DNA of 64,000 nt. It comes from the human T2T-CHM13v2.0 reference genome, Homo sapiens. The notes under the pieces are model-generated. The model did no database searches. It saw only the letters and a list, made by a program, of their open reading frames with translations, and had not been told where the DNA came from. Of the stretch, positions 1 through 12,900 are shown in pieces. The DNA is taken from assembly GCF_009914755.1 (NCBI RefSeq), contig NC_060927.1; one strand, 5' to 3'. The translations under genes and the position numbers were made by a program. Positions within the stretch are counted from its first letter, which is position 1; every line of letters begins with the position of its first letter.

Positions 1-589
1 AGATATGTGCACACTTTGGGGGGCTGTAGGCAGGTGGTAGTACACAGGGTGATTCAAAAAGGGAAGAATTTCAGGCAGAGGAAACATGAGTTGTATCAGG
101 CATAGAAACCTGGAACAAAATATTTATGTTTGCTCAGACCTCAGTCTGAAGGAAAGGAAGAGCAGTAAAAATGAGAGTAACCACCTCCAGTTCACTTTAC
201 TCCCAGTTTTCTTGGTACAAAAGAGTGAATAAGATCTTTATCTGCATAAGAATCAGGGACTTTTGTCACGTGAAATATGAATGAGGAGTATTACTTGGCT
301 AGCACTTTAGAGAGCATTTGTAATCTATATGATATTAATCAGGAAGTGATTAAACAGCAATGCCCTTTTCTACATTTGCCTGGAAATGCTCAATGGTGTA
401 ACACAAGCAAGAGCCATGAGGATGCTTCACAAATAAAGGATCCATTTTCAGTTGATTGCAAATAAGAGGAGATTCTTTCAGCTTAAAGGACTTTCAAGCC
501 CTTTCTATCAATTTGCCCAATAAGAATATTTCCCTGAAGTAGTGATGGTTATGTTGGGATGTAATCAATGACCAAGAGCTAGTGAAAGG

Positions 590-1640
590 GGTAAATGTGA
601 CACAGGTGTTGCAAGGGGAGGGCACAGCACACACAAAGGCCTAGTGGTGGAAGGGAGAAGGGCACTTTCAAGGAACTGAGAGTCTGTAGCAGCACAGGAG
701 GGAGGGGCAGAGTGTAGCAAGGGTAACAGGAGATCACTAAAGGGCCTTGACTGGGTATACAGCTTCTGGTGGATACCCAAAGAGCAAGGAGAAGCCATAC
801 AAAAGTTGTAAGCAGGAGAGTGACATAATCAGAGTTTAACTTCTTTTTTTTATTATTATTCTTTAAGTTCTAGGGTACATGTGCACAACATGCAGGTTTG
901 TTACATATGTATACATGTGCCATGTTGGTGTGCTGCACCCATTAACTCGTCATTTACATTAGGTTCTTCTCATAATGCTATCCCTCCCCACTCTCCCCAC
1001 CCCACGACAGGCCCCGGTATGTGATGTTCCCCTTCCTGTGTCCAAGTGTTCCCATTGTTCAATTCCCACCTATGAGTGGGAACATGCGGTGTTTGGTTTT
1101 TTGTCCTTGTGATAGTTTACTGAGAATGATGGTTTCCAGCTTCATCCATGTCCCTACAAAGGACATGAACTCATCCTTTTTTATGGCTGCATAGTATTCC
1201 ATGGTGCATATGTGCCACATTTTCTTAATCCAGTCTATCAGAGTTTAACTTCTTAAAGACTATTCTGGATATTGTGGGGCAGTGATTGGAGTAGAGCAAG
1301 AGTGGACACGAGATCAGTTAGAAGCTATAACAGTAATCTAGCAGATAGATGGCAGTGCTTAGGCTAGAATATTTGTGGTGAGAGAAATAAAAGAAAGTAG
1401 ATGGAATCAAGAAGTATTTGGAAGACAAAACTAACTGCATTCAGAAGCTGATAAAAAATAAAAGTAAATAAGGAGATAATTTATCAGAATTACTCCCACA
1501 TTTCTATTTGCAGAATTTGATAGATGGTAGACTCATCAATAAGAGTTATGGAATAGAAGAAAGTCACATTTGAAGGGAAAGATAAGTTTATTCGTGGATA
1601 TAAGGTTAAAGTATTCTTAGGACATCAGGAGTAGTATACA
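590..1640 (-). mobile_element. L2 LINE fragment (ancient), interrupted by an L1PA at 846-1240
   Basis: Degenerate antisense-L2 phrases (gaagccata...agcaggagagtgacataatcaga; agaagctataacagtaatctagcagatagatggcagtgcttaggctag) continue across the L1 insertion. Boundaries approximate. Confidence 0.6.
846..1240 (-). mobile_element. 5'-truncated L1PA (about L1PA4-5), 3' end only
   Basis: T-rich tail followed by antisense L1 3' UTR (ttaagttctagggtacatgtgcacaac...). TSD atcagagtttaacttctt at 828-845 and 1237-1254. Target ttctt/aa resembles the L1 endonuclease site. Confidence 0.95.
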
Positions 1641-1957
1641 TAGAGTCTCCCATTCCCTGCAGCTACAGTAGAATAATCTGAAGGTTGGGCCCACGATTAA
1701 TTACAACAACAGAGCAACTGCAGAGTAAGTTGAGTCCTCCACCCCCTCAGGTATGCTATACCAAGGTCAGGGCCATTTTTGAAAAAGAGTGGGGTCGGGA
1801 GACTTGGGATAAAGACATCTGGGCAAGTGCACTGGAGATTTATTAATCCTTAAAGTCCCTGAGTCCTCCGGACCTGGAGAATTGGACAATTTGTTTCTAT
1901 TTAAGGCTAGCAATGCCTCCTTTGTTGAAGATGATGCAAGGTCTCTGCCATGAAAGA

Positions 1958-2364
1958 TGTATTGGTCAGGATTCCATCAGAGAAATTAGACCCGTAGGAA
2001 ATATACATTAAGAGATTTATTGCAAGAAATTAGTTTAAGCAATTGTGACAACTAGCTTGGCAAGTCTAAAATGTACAGGGCAGGCTATCAGGAATGGCAA
2101 ATTGGAACTTTCAAGCAATACTGAAACTGCAGTCCACAGGTGAAATTTCTTCTGGGAAGCCTCAGTTCAGTTCTTACAGCCTTTCAACTCATTGAATCAT
2201 ACTCACCCAGATTGTGTAGGGTAATTTTCCTGGCTTAAAGTAAACTGGTTATAGACTTTCATCACAACTGCAGAATACCTTGACAGCACCACTTTGATGA
2301 GAAATTGCTTTAATAACTGTTGATTATAGTCTAGCTAAGTTGGCACATAAAACCGACCATCATA
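1958..2364 (-). mobile_element. MLT2-family solo LTR inserted in ERVL gag
   Basis: Starts tgtattggtcaggattccatcagagaa and ends agctaagttggcacataaaaccgaccatcata, matching antisense MLT2 termini. Confidence 0.8.
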
Positions 2365-3774
2365 CACGATATCATTTGTGCCCATCAAGATTTAGCCGCA
2401 CCTCGCCTCCTGGTCTCCAGGCCAATGACTAGGGCTAATTCACAGTATAACCAGCAGGGAAGGTGTATTATACAAATGTAGGGCTCTAGTATCTTCTCCA
2501 GGACATGAACTGGCAAGAATCAGGAGAGTGTATATAGGATCCTGAAAGTGCTGTATGAAAATGGGGGTGAGAGAACAGAATATGAACTTGGATAAGGGAG
2601 AGTATATCAATATTGGATCAACCCTCTCTTGTAACACGAAATTTAATATGCTGGCAAACACCTCAAGAGATGGTGATAAAACAGTGAAGTAGTAATGCTA
2701 GCACTGCCATAGCAGTCAGTGGTAGGAAAGACTAAAACGAGCAGAGAAGTGGCCATGCCAGAATGAATGTAGTATTTAATCTAGAAAATTTATTAGCTGA
2801 CTATGATCCATGTGAGGGCCCAGAGGACATTGGATTTACCAAAGCAATACAGAGCATGCTGGTGAGAGAAGTATTAACGTGATTGAGAAGCTCAGTGACG
2901 GTTGTCTTATGGATCCCAGGGCTGAAGGTAGGAGGTGCTGTTACAAAAACCAGTGATGATAGGACCCCAGAGTAACAAAGCTTGGTGTCAGAAACAGGTG
3001 CAATTTTTGGAACAAATGACAAGGTCAGAGTCATCCAGGGATCCTGACCTGCAGAGATCTACAGAAATGTTTAATAGAATGTGGTGTTCTAGGATAAAAA
3101 TAGGTGGAAAACCAGAAAAATATTGTTTAATTTTTATAACCAAAAGAAATTGAATATGATAATTGGAAGGTTGAGGGCAAATGACCCTCCCAAAAATATT
3201 GATGACTTACCCAGTTTCCAAACCTAAGGTAGATCTTAGGCTTGAAACACATTAACTAAAAAGGGTTTGGATTCTCATGGGAAAGAACCATTTAATTCTA
3301 TAACAATAACATAAGGTAAGGATTCTCCTTAGTTCTTCTCCAAAGGGACCTATGGTCATTTATTTGGGTAAACACATACCAGGTAATAGTCAGAACTTTT
3401 GAGAATGTTGGTAAGAGTCTGAATTGCTGTGGATATCTAACAACCTAAAGTATTATCTTGACACCCATATTAGAGTGAGGGGTACATGGGATTAGAGTAG
3501 GTCATCTCTGTTCATGATTATTTCTCTACTACCTGAATGAAAGCTCAAACTGGACACACTTCGTAATTGGCAGTAACCCTATGTTGATTCAGTGACATGT
3601 GATATAAGAGCTCTCAGAGTTGCCAAGACCGTGTGTAAACTCCTGGAATTGATTTCCTATCCAAAACTGAGATTGCAAATTTTAAAAAACAATATCAAAG
3701 TGAGTAATGACAGATTAATCTCACCATTAAAAATTAAAGTATGCAGAGTGGTGGTCCTATCTGTTATTTTGGGA

Positions 3775-4308
<534 letters not shown>

Positions 4309-5629
4309 TAACACCCACCCGAGAACCATGGAAGAGGCACTAAACAACCAGGTAGGCAGAATGAGTCAGCTAATTGATGTCAGCCAGGGTCTGTTATTGC
4401 TGGCATAATCACTCATGAGTGCCATGGCCATGGTAACAGGGATAGAGACTCTACATGGATCCAACAGTATGAGCTTCAACTTACTAAGGATAATCTAGCT
4501 TCTTCTATGGAATGGTCAACTTGCCAGCAGCAGAAATAAACACTGAGCTCCCAATATAGTATCACTCCTTAAGCACTTGGTGAAAAGGTAGTTTGGACTC
4601 CATCTATTCTCAAATGAGCAGAAATTTATCTCAACTAGACTTGTCACAACTTTGGGTACTGGTTTACCTTTTCTGCCCACAGGGCTTTAGGCAGCACTAC
4701 TGTCTAAGAGCCTACAGAGTACTGCTCAATTGACAATAAATACCATATAACATCACCTCAAACAAAGAGACTCACTTTATAGAAAAAGAGGTATGGCAAT
4801 GACTATGGCATGCACTAAGCCTATACCACACCATACCAACTAGTAGCTTCCAGCCTGATAGAACAACAAGACAATCTTTCCAAGGTGCAGCTAAAGCACC
4901 AAATGGAGGTGAGACCCTAAAAGGATGGGACATCATCTACCAGGATTAATTATACATCCTAAACAATGAGCATTATATGGTGCTGTGTTTCCAGTAGGTA
5001 GAGTATATGGGACCAGCGGCAAAGGGGTGAAAGTAGGAATGGCCTCACTTACCATCCCTCCTAGTGACTCAGTTGGGAATTTTCTACCACAAGTTTAGAC
5101 ATTACGGGTCTAGAGACCCTAATTCCCAAAGAGGAAATTCTTTCATGAGAAGACACAGCAGGACTTCCACTTAACTTTGAGTTATGGCTACTAAATTCAG
5201 GTCCATTGTACCAAGAGACCAAAAAGTAAGGAAAGGAGTTGTCACATGACAAAGGTAATTGACCTTGATCAGAAGGAAGTGGGGCTACTGTTACACAATG
5301 TGGATAGGGAAGAGTGTTACTGGCACCCAAGTGATCCACTGGGACATCTCTTGGTACTCTTCTGCCCAACTGTAAATGAACTGGGCAAATGGACAAGTCC
5401 AGCAACCATAGCCCGAGAAGGACATGGTGACTTTGGGTCACCATGAGGGAATGGGTATGAAAATCAGTTGTGGTCTCAAGACTAGATATAACAGCTGGAG
5501 CTCTAGTTCTTCCTATTAACATTCATTGTGTAAGATTTCCCAAGAAATGAGACCAATAAGAAGCTTGGAGCAACTACTCCTCAGTGTGGTGAACTTACCA
5601 TATGAAGCAAATGGATCTGAGCAGGCCAA

Positions 5630-6040
5630 TGGATATATTCACCCATGCCATCTTTCTAAAAGAGGAATTCATTTCCCCAGGTGACTGATGGGTTTGTTAG
5701 TTGCTGGGGCCTCACAGCTGTATTTCTCTCCTGGAAGTGCCAAAGGGAACCTCCTTACCCAAGGTTTCTCCCCTTCTATTTTAATGCTGGTTAATACAAC
5801 TATAGACAAAGGACCTACCCTCTTACATCAATTCAGAAAAACTCTGAAGAACCATGCCAGTTCCAGAGTTCCCATTAGATCTGGAAAGGCCTCTGGTACA
5901 AATGCATCAGTTTGGCAAGCTCTCCTTTTCAATCCTGCCTCCCCAAATTCTTTATAGTCTCTTCTGAAAGTACTCTCCATAAACTTCCAACATACAAACC
6001 TCTTTCTAAAATCTGTTTCCAGAAAACCCAACCTGAGATT
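5630..6040 (+). mobile_element. LTR16-family LTR (3' LTR of the ERVL)
   Basis: Ends ccataaacttccaacatacaaacctctttctaaaatctgtttccagaaaacccaacctgaga, like LTR16 3' ends, and abuts the internal region. Confidence 0.75.
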
Positions 6041-6169
6041 AAACTTATTCCCGAAAGTCAAATCTGTATGCAGAGTGGGTACTGATGCCAGTTTGGAATG
6101 TATTGAGGAGTAGGTGGGAGAGGAGGAAATGAAATAAAATTTGGTTAAATAAAGAGAAAGAATTAGAGC

Positions 6170-6450
6170 AGTAGTTCTAGTTTCTCAATGCCCTCATTTG
6201 TAAAATGGATATTAATAATAGTACTATACTTCAAAGATATTTTATCCTTTTGTTACAGATTGAGAGGATAATGTTGCTATACACCACAGGGTGTATTTTT
6301 ATTAATCATCATTTTACCAATTAGGAAATTGAGGTACAGAAAAATTATGACTTGTTCAAAACTTTAGACATATTAAGGATTAGAACCAGGATACAAACTC
6401 AGGCAAACCTGACTATAAAGTCTGTATACGGATCTACCATTTTCTACTGC
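6170..6450. mobile_element. MIR fragments in both orientations
   Basis: ctcatttgtaaaatggatattaataatagtact (+); attttaccaattaggaaattgaggtacaga (-). Confidence 0.65.
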
Positions 6451-6539
6451 TTCTTCAGAAGACAAGAGGGATTGAGGCAGGGGTGGGCTAGAGCTGAGTT
6501 GTACTAGATGCAAAGCCTATGTGCTCATCTCTTTCCATG

Positions 6540-6678
6540 CATAGTGTGTTGATGTCATATTAGTAGCTTAAAATCAGCCATGGTGGTAAGTTTTACACTA
6601 CAGAAATCAGCAAATGTTGCAAATCAGGATTTCTTTTTTCAGAAGGCTATTTGTTAAACATTAGCAGAAGACTATTGG
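6540..6678. mobile_element. MER63-like hAT DNA transposon fragment
   Basis: gtagcttaaaatcagccatggtggtaagttttacactacagaaatcagcaaatg...ttgttaaacattagcag. Confidence 0.6.
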
Positions 6679-9600
6679 ATTGGTCTTAAAGGGAGGGACA
6701 CCATCTCAACTGTGATAAGAAGGAACAAAGAAAAGATGAATACAGATTCACAAAAATAAGCAGGGTCAGTGGTGGGAAATCAAGGTGATTTCTATTTTCT
6801 CCATGTGGAATCTGGTGGCAAGACCATCTATTAAGAGTTGGGGGACAGGTGTGGTATCAAATGATTGTGGGGAAGATCATTATCACTTAGTATAATTCCC
6901 ACAATAATAAGGATGAATTAAATTATAGCTGTTATTATCAAATATGCCGTTGACCATTTATACTCTGACCATAATTACGGAACAGCATACAATTCTCATT
7001 ACAGAGTGTCAATTTAATTATTCTTAACAAATCCTTTTGCTTTACAAGTCCAGAATTGAAGAACTCCTTCAATTATTATTGAATATAAATTTCTTAACCA
7101 AATGAATTCTATTTATTAGATTTAAGAATTTTGTGACCTGAATGACAAAACAACACAGTATGTACAGCCTTCCTTTGAAATTCGATCAAAGCTTGTCACG
7201 TGCCCTATAAAAGTTACTCTTTCTCATATTTCATCTCAATGACTCTGAGAAATGTGCATGTTTGTGTCATTTTCATTGTCCAGTATCTCTCTTTTTAATA
7301 ATTAACATTAAGATTGTTTACATGAAAGAGATTACTTGCATTTTACAGTGTGCTGAAAAGGAAACAGAAAAGAAGGAAAGAGAAGGAAAGCCTGTAACTC
7401 TGTGACAAGCATATTTGGGGGAAAAAGAAGCCCCAGGGCAGAGTTAAGAATGAATGAAGCTGAAATTTAATCCCTGGGATCTGTGGGGCATTGGAAAGGG
7501 CAAAGAGATGCCACAAGCTGACTGAGAAGTGATCTGGGGGGCTCAGCAGGCAGTAGACAAAGAATGGAGCCTTCTGAGGGCTGAAATGGTGCATCACCTG
7601 CATAAGCACCTGTTCCAGATCACCAGCTTTAACACGCACTGGCATGTGTCAATCTCACTTTGGTTTTCAGGGCTTTGAAATAAAAAATATGACATATAGG
7701 GCTTTTCAGAAGGAGTAAAATGAAAACAAAAAGTTGCTAATCTATTGTGTCTCCCATAATCACTTTATAAAAGAACTCAGTGTTTAAAAGTTATGTTAGA
7801 CACATTTGGATGAAAAATATTTTTACTTAAGTATGTCATTTCTAGTAATTTTGTGGGGGAAGAGAAACAATTCTTAGGAAAGGAAAATCTTTATGCAGTT
7901 TTTCATCCTGTAACACTTTATCCATGCATCCTATAACCTTGTAAGCTAAGAAGATCTTATTTTATCATAAAATAATGACTTAGCATTAGCTTCGTAACTG
8001 TTATTCAGAGTAGAATTTAACACTAAGGAGAAAAAAATTAAGCTCTGTCATCATAGGGCTAAATTATTTCTAATGTCCCCTACAGCAGTAAGTGTAGAAC
8101 ACAGCTGAGGGCTTAAAATTCTTTCATCAGAGAACACAATTATTTTATGAAAAGGAAAGACTATATGTCAATGATTTTAGTTGCTGTTTTTATGGTTTGT
8201 TAAATAATTAGTCTGATTCAAAACTAGGACATATTCTGAAAAGTCAGCTTCTTATCCTCATGGGATTACTGCTGTATTGTACACTGCTCACAGTACTGAG
8301 TTTAAAACATTTGCTGGTGTAATGATGCAGCAAAAGCCAGGGCATGGGTTTGGTGGAAAGAAATGTCAAGTATGTAAGTGAGATCAAGAGATGAGAGAGA
8401 ACTAAAGGAAAACAATCCTGTGGGACCAATGATACAAATTTATCTAGACAACTGTTGGGTCAGGTCAGAATATTTCTGAATATTTATTTCAGCCGGTAAC
8501 ACCTTACGTTCACCTTTTATTCAGCTCCTCTTCAGTATAATTGTATTCACTCATTCAGTAAGCATTTACCCTACTTAGTGCCAGTTACCAGTGTGCTGGG
8601 CTCTGCAGCTGCAGCACACAAATGGGAGAAATGGTGACATAAAGAGATAACTACAATGCAATATAGAAACAGTGTTTTGTTTCAATACAATTCAGCTCAG
8701 ATCAAATATAGCAGCATGAGGTCAAAGAACTAGCCTTGATGTGTTCCATCATTGCATCTGGAAATGGGGATAAATACACATACTTGCCCATGTCGTTGAG
8801 CTCAAATGCATGACTTCTAAGTCTTCATCCATAATAATAACAGGCAGTGTATGGTTTGATGCTTAATGTTACCAGTAACGTGGCCAAAAAGGTATGGAAA
8901 GGGGCAGAATTAATTTGACCTGATGAAATCATGCAGCCCAGAAAAGTAAACTAGCCATGGGCAGAGAAAATGCTGGTCAGGAGTATGTGGGCAAAACTAG
9001 AGATACTGAAATGCACATGGCTTTTTTGTGTAACCAATTGATTTATTGCACTGGTTCCCTCCTTCCCATTTTTCCCTCTCCTTGTATTCTCTTCTCCTCT
9101 CTATATGAACTTATATGATCTTGTTAAGGGGTAGGTAGAGTAAACTTGCATCACTTAGTCTTTGCTCTGGATTGCTTCCAGCTAATTGCCTGTGTAATCC
9201 CTCTAATCTGGGTCATCAGGAAAAGAACTCAGTTTTCACAACATAAGCACTGAATAATCCAGCTGCTAAGATTTGGCCTCATGGGATGTAAGACGTACAA
9301 TTTTTGAGCTAACTTTAGTCAATCAACTGATCGACCCAACATACACACAATCTGTTGATATTCTATAAGTCAAAATTAATAAACTGTTCTCCAAACTCAC
9401 CCCCATTACACCTTTGAACTTCTCACCTCAAGTTACTTTTCCACATTACTCCTAACTACAGCCTTGCATAAGCCTCTACCATTCTATCCATTCTTACTGC
9501 TTTTCTTCTTACCCTGATCACCATGGTATTCCTGCCTCCCTATGTTTATTTAGAAGTGAAGTATGACTCAGTAAACCTTCTAGATACTTTCATGCCAAGC

Positions 9601-9699
9601 TGAAGGCCACCTTATCAGAGGGAGTTCACCTTGATGATCCCTAGACCTATTATGCTCTTCCATAGCTTACTGGGTAGAGAGAACAGGCTTCACCTGGTT

Positions 9700-9907
9700 T
9701 CACAGCCTGACTTGGACACTGACTATGTGACCTTGGGAAAGTTGTCCACCACCTTGTCTCCATTTCATCATCTGTAAGATACAGATATTTTAACTTACCT
9801 TATGAGGTTGTTGTGAGTACTAAATGAGACAAATCAAGTAAAGTGCTAGAAGGAGTGCCCAGCACATATGAAGTACATGATAATGATAACTATTCTTATT
9901 TATTAGT
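9700..9907 (+). mobile_element. MIR
   Basis: tgtgaccttgggaaagtt...catctgtaagat...gaggttgttgtgagtactaaatgaga core. Confidence 0.8.
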
Positions 9908-12900
9908 AGAAATAACAATGAAGGGGAGGGACCAAGATGGCCCATGAGAAGCAGCTATGGTCTGTGGCACTCACGAAGAGGAATGAAAGCTGCGAGTGAA
10001 TTCAGCACCTTCAACTAAAATATCCAAGTTCTCACATTGGGACTGACTAGGCAAACAACTCAATCCATAGAGAATGAAGAAAAGCAAAGTGGGGCGATGG
10101 CCCACCCAGGAGCACCACGGAGCCAAATGAACCCCAAACCACATCCCGGGAAACCAGGTGTCTCCCACGGATCTTTGCAATCTGCAGATCAGGAGATCCT
10201 CTCGTGAGCCCATGTCATCAGGACCTTGAGTCCGATACACAAAGCTGTGTGGAGTCTCAGCAGAACAGCTACTTGGGCACACACAAAGACCCAGGAGCTT
10301 TATGTACCCCAGCTCCAGGATCCCTGGCAAGGGGGGAGATCTGCCTGTACATATGCCCAGCAAAGGGGCTGAATCCAGGGAGTCAAGGAGTGTCATTCTG
10401 CAGGCCCCACTTCCCATGGCACCTCAAAAGTTAAGACACACTGGCTTGGAATTCCAGCCAGCCAATGGCAATGCTAGGCAGGCTAGAGTCAGCCTGAGAT
10501 AGGACCCAGTTCCTCCGGGGCAGAGGTGACCTCCATCTCTGCACTTCGGTAGATTCAGACGTTTTAGCCTACTGGAGTTGGAGAATCTAAACAGTCTGGA
10601 GGAGGAAGGGTCCCCCACAACGCAACACAACTGCCTTGCCACAGGGTGGCCAGACTGCTTCTTTAAGTGGGACCCCAATCCATTCCTCCTCACTGGGCGG
10701 GAACTTCCTGTGGAGGCTTCAGCTGCTTCAGCCAGGGTTTTATGGAGAGAGCTCTGATCTCTCCCTGATATGGAGCTCCTTGGGGGAAGGGCAGCCACCA
10801 TCTCTGTGGTCTAGCTGGCTAAGCCATGCCAGCCTGCCGGATTTGGAGAACCCAGAAAGTCTGGACGAGGAAGGGTCCCCCCAGTGCAGCACACCTGCTC
10901 TACCAAAAAGCAATCAGACTGAGATTCTTTAAACAGGTCCCTGATCCTGTTCCTCCTGACTGGGTGAGACATCCCAACAACTAGAAAAAACTGGTTGCCT
11001 CAGTTTTTCCTATACCTGGAGGTATCTCCAGTGAAGGCCATGAAACAGCAAAAATGGCCACCTGCTCTTTCCTCTGGAAGCTCTGTCCCAGGGGGCTACT
11101 GACCTGTTGCTGTCCTGAGTGTTCCTGTAAGAGGTGGCCAACAGGACTGAGGCTGAAATGGCTGAAGTGACAGAAGTAGGCTTTAGAAAGTGGGTAATAA
11201 TGAACTTTGCTGAGCTAAAGGAGCATGCTGTAACCCATTGCAAAGAAGCTAAGAATCATGATAAAACAATACAGGAGCTGATAGAATAGCCAGTTTAGAG
11301 AGAAACATAACTGACCTGATAGAGCTGAGAAACACAACACGAGAACTTTACAATGCAATCACCAGTATCAACAGCAGGATAGATCAAGTGGAAGAAAGAA
11401 TCTTAGACCTTGAAGACTATCTTTCTGAAATAAGACAGGCAGACAAGATTAAAGAAAAAAAGAATGAAAAGGAATAAACAAAACTCCAAGAAATATGGGA
11501 TTAGGTAAAGAGACCAAACTATGACTCACTGGTCCTGCCCAGTGAGAAGGAATGGATTGGGATCCCACTTAAAGAAGCAGTTTGGCCATGATCTGGCAAG
11601 GCAGTTGTGCTCTTCCAGACTGTTTGGATTCTCCAATACCAGCAGGGTGGAATGTCTGAGCCTACAGAAGTGTAGAGATGGAGGCCACCCCTTCCCCCAG
11701 GAACTGGTTTCCCTCTCAGGCAGATTCTTACCTATTGCCATTGTCTGCCTGGAATTCCAAGCCAGTGTGTCTTAACTTGTGAGGTACACGAAAGAGACAA
11801 GGAGAATGGAACCAAGTTGGAAAACATACTTCAGGGTATCATCCAGGAGAACTTCCCCAACCTAGCAAGACAGGCCCACATTCAAATTAACGAAATCCAG
11901 AGAACCCCAGTAAGATACTCCATGAGAAGATTAGCCCTAAGACACATAATTTTCAGATTCTCCAGGGTCGAAATGAAAGAAAACATGTTAAGGGCAGCCA
12001 GAGAAAAAGGCCAGGTCACCTACAAAGGGAAGCTCATCAGACTAACAGTGGACCTCTCAGTGGAAACCCTACAAGCCAGAAGAGATTGGAGGCCAACTTT
12101 CAATATTCTTAAAGAAAAGAATTTCCAACCCAGAATTTCCTATCTGGCCAAACTAAGCTTCATAAGTGAAGGAGAAATAAGATCCTTTTTCAGACAAGCA
12201 AATGCCATTCATCACCACCAGGCCTGCCTTGCAAGAGCTCCTGAAGGAAGCACTAAACATGGAAAGGAAAAACCATTACCAGCTACTACAAAAGCACACT
12301 GAGGTACACAGACCAGTGATACTAAGAAGCAACCACATAAACAGGCCTACATAATAACCAACTACCATCATGATGACAGGATCAAATTCACATATAACAA
12401 TACTAATGTTAAATGTAAATGGGCAAAATGCCCCAATTAAAGGACACAGAATGGCAAGCTGGATAAAGAGCCAAGACCCACTGGCATACTGTCTTCAGGA
12501 GACACATCTCACGTGGAAAGACACACATAGGCTCAAAATAAAGGGATGCAGGAAAATTTACCAAGCAAATGGAAGAGAAAAAAGCAGGGGTTGCAATCTG
12601 AGTTTCTGACAAAACAGACTTTAAACCAAGGAAGATAAAAAAGACAAAGAAGGGCATTACACAATGGTAAAGGGTTCAATTCAACAAGAACTAACTATTC
12701 TAAATATATATGCACCCAATACAGGAGCATCCAAATTCATAAAGCAAATTCTTAGAGACCTACAAAGAGACTTAGACTCTCACACAATAATAGTGGGAGA
12801 CTTTAACACCTCACTGACAATATTAGACAGATCATCAAGACAGAAAATTAACAAAGATATTTAGGACCTGAACTCAGCTCTAGACTTGAATTCTAGTTCA

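Noticed and set aside
264-273. GTCACGTGA E-box (also gtcacgtg near 7195)
   Set aside because: Isolated short motifs without promoter context.
10560-10980. Direct repeat within the L1 5' UTR (gaggaagggtccccc twice)
   Set aside because: As far as I recall, a tandem unit native to older L1PA 5' UTRs rather than a local event.
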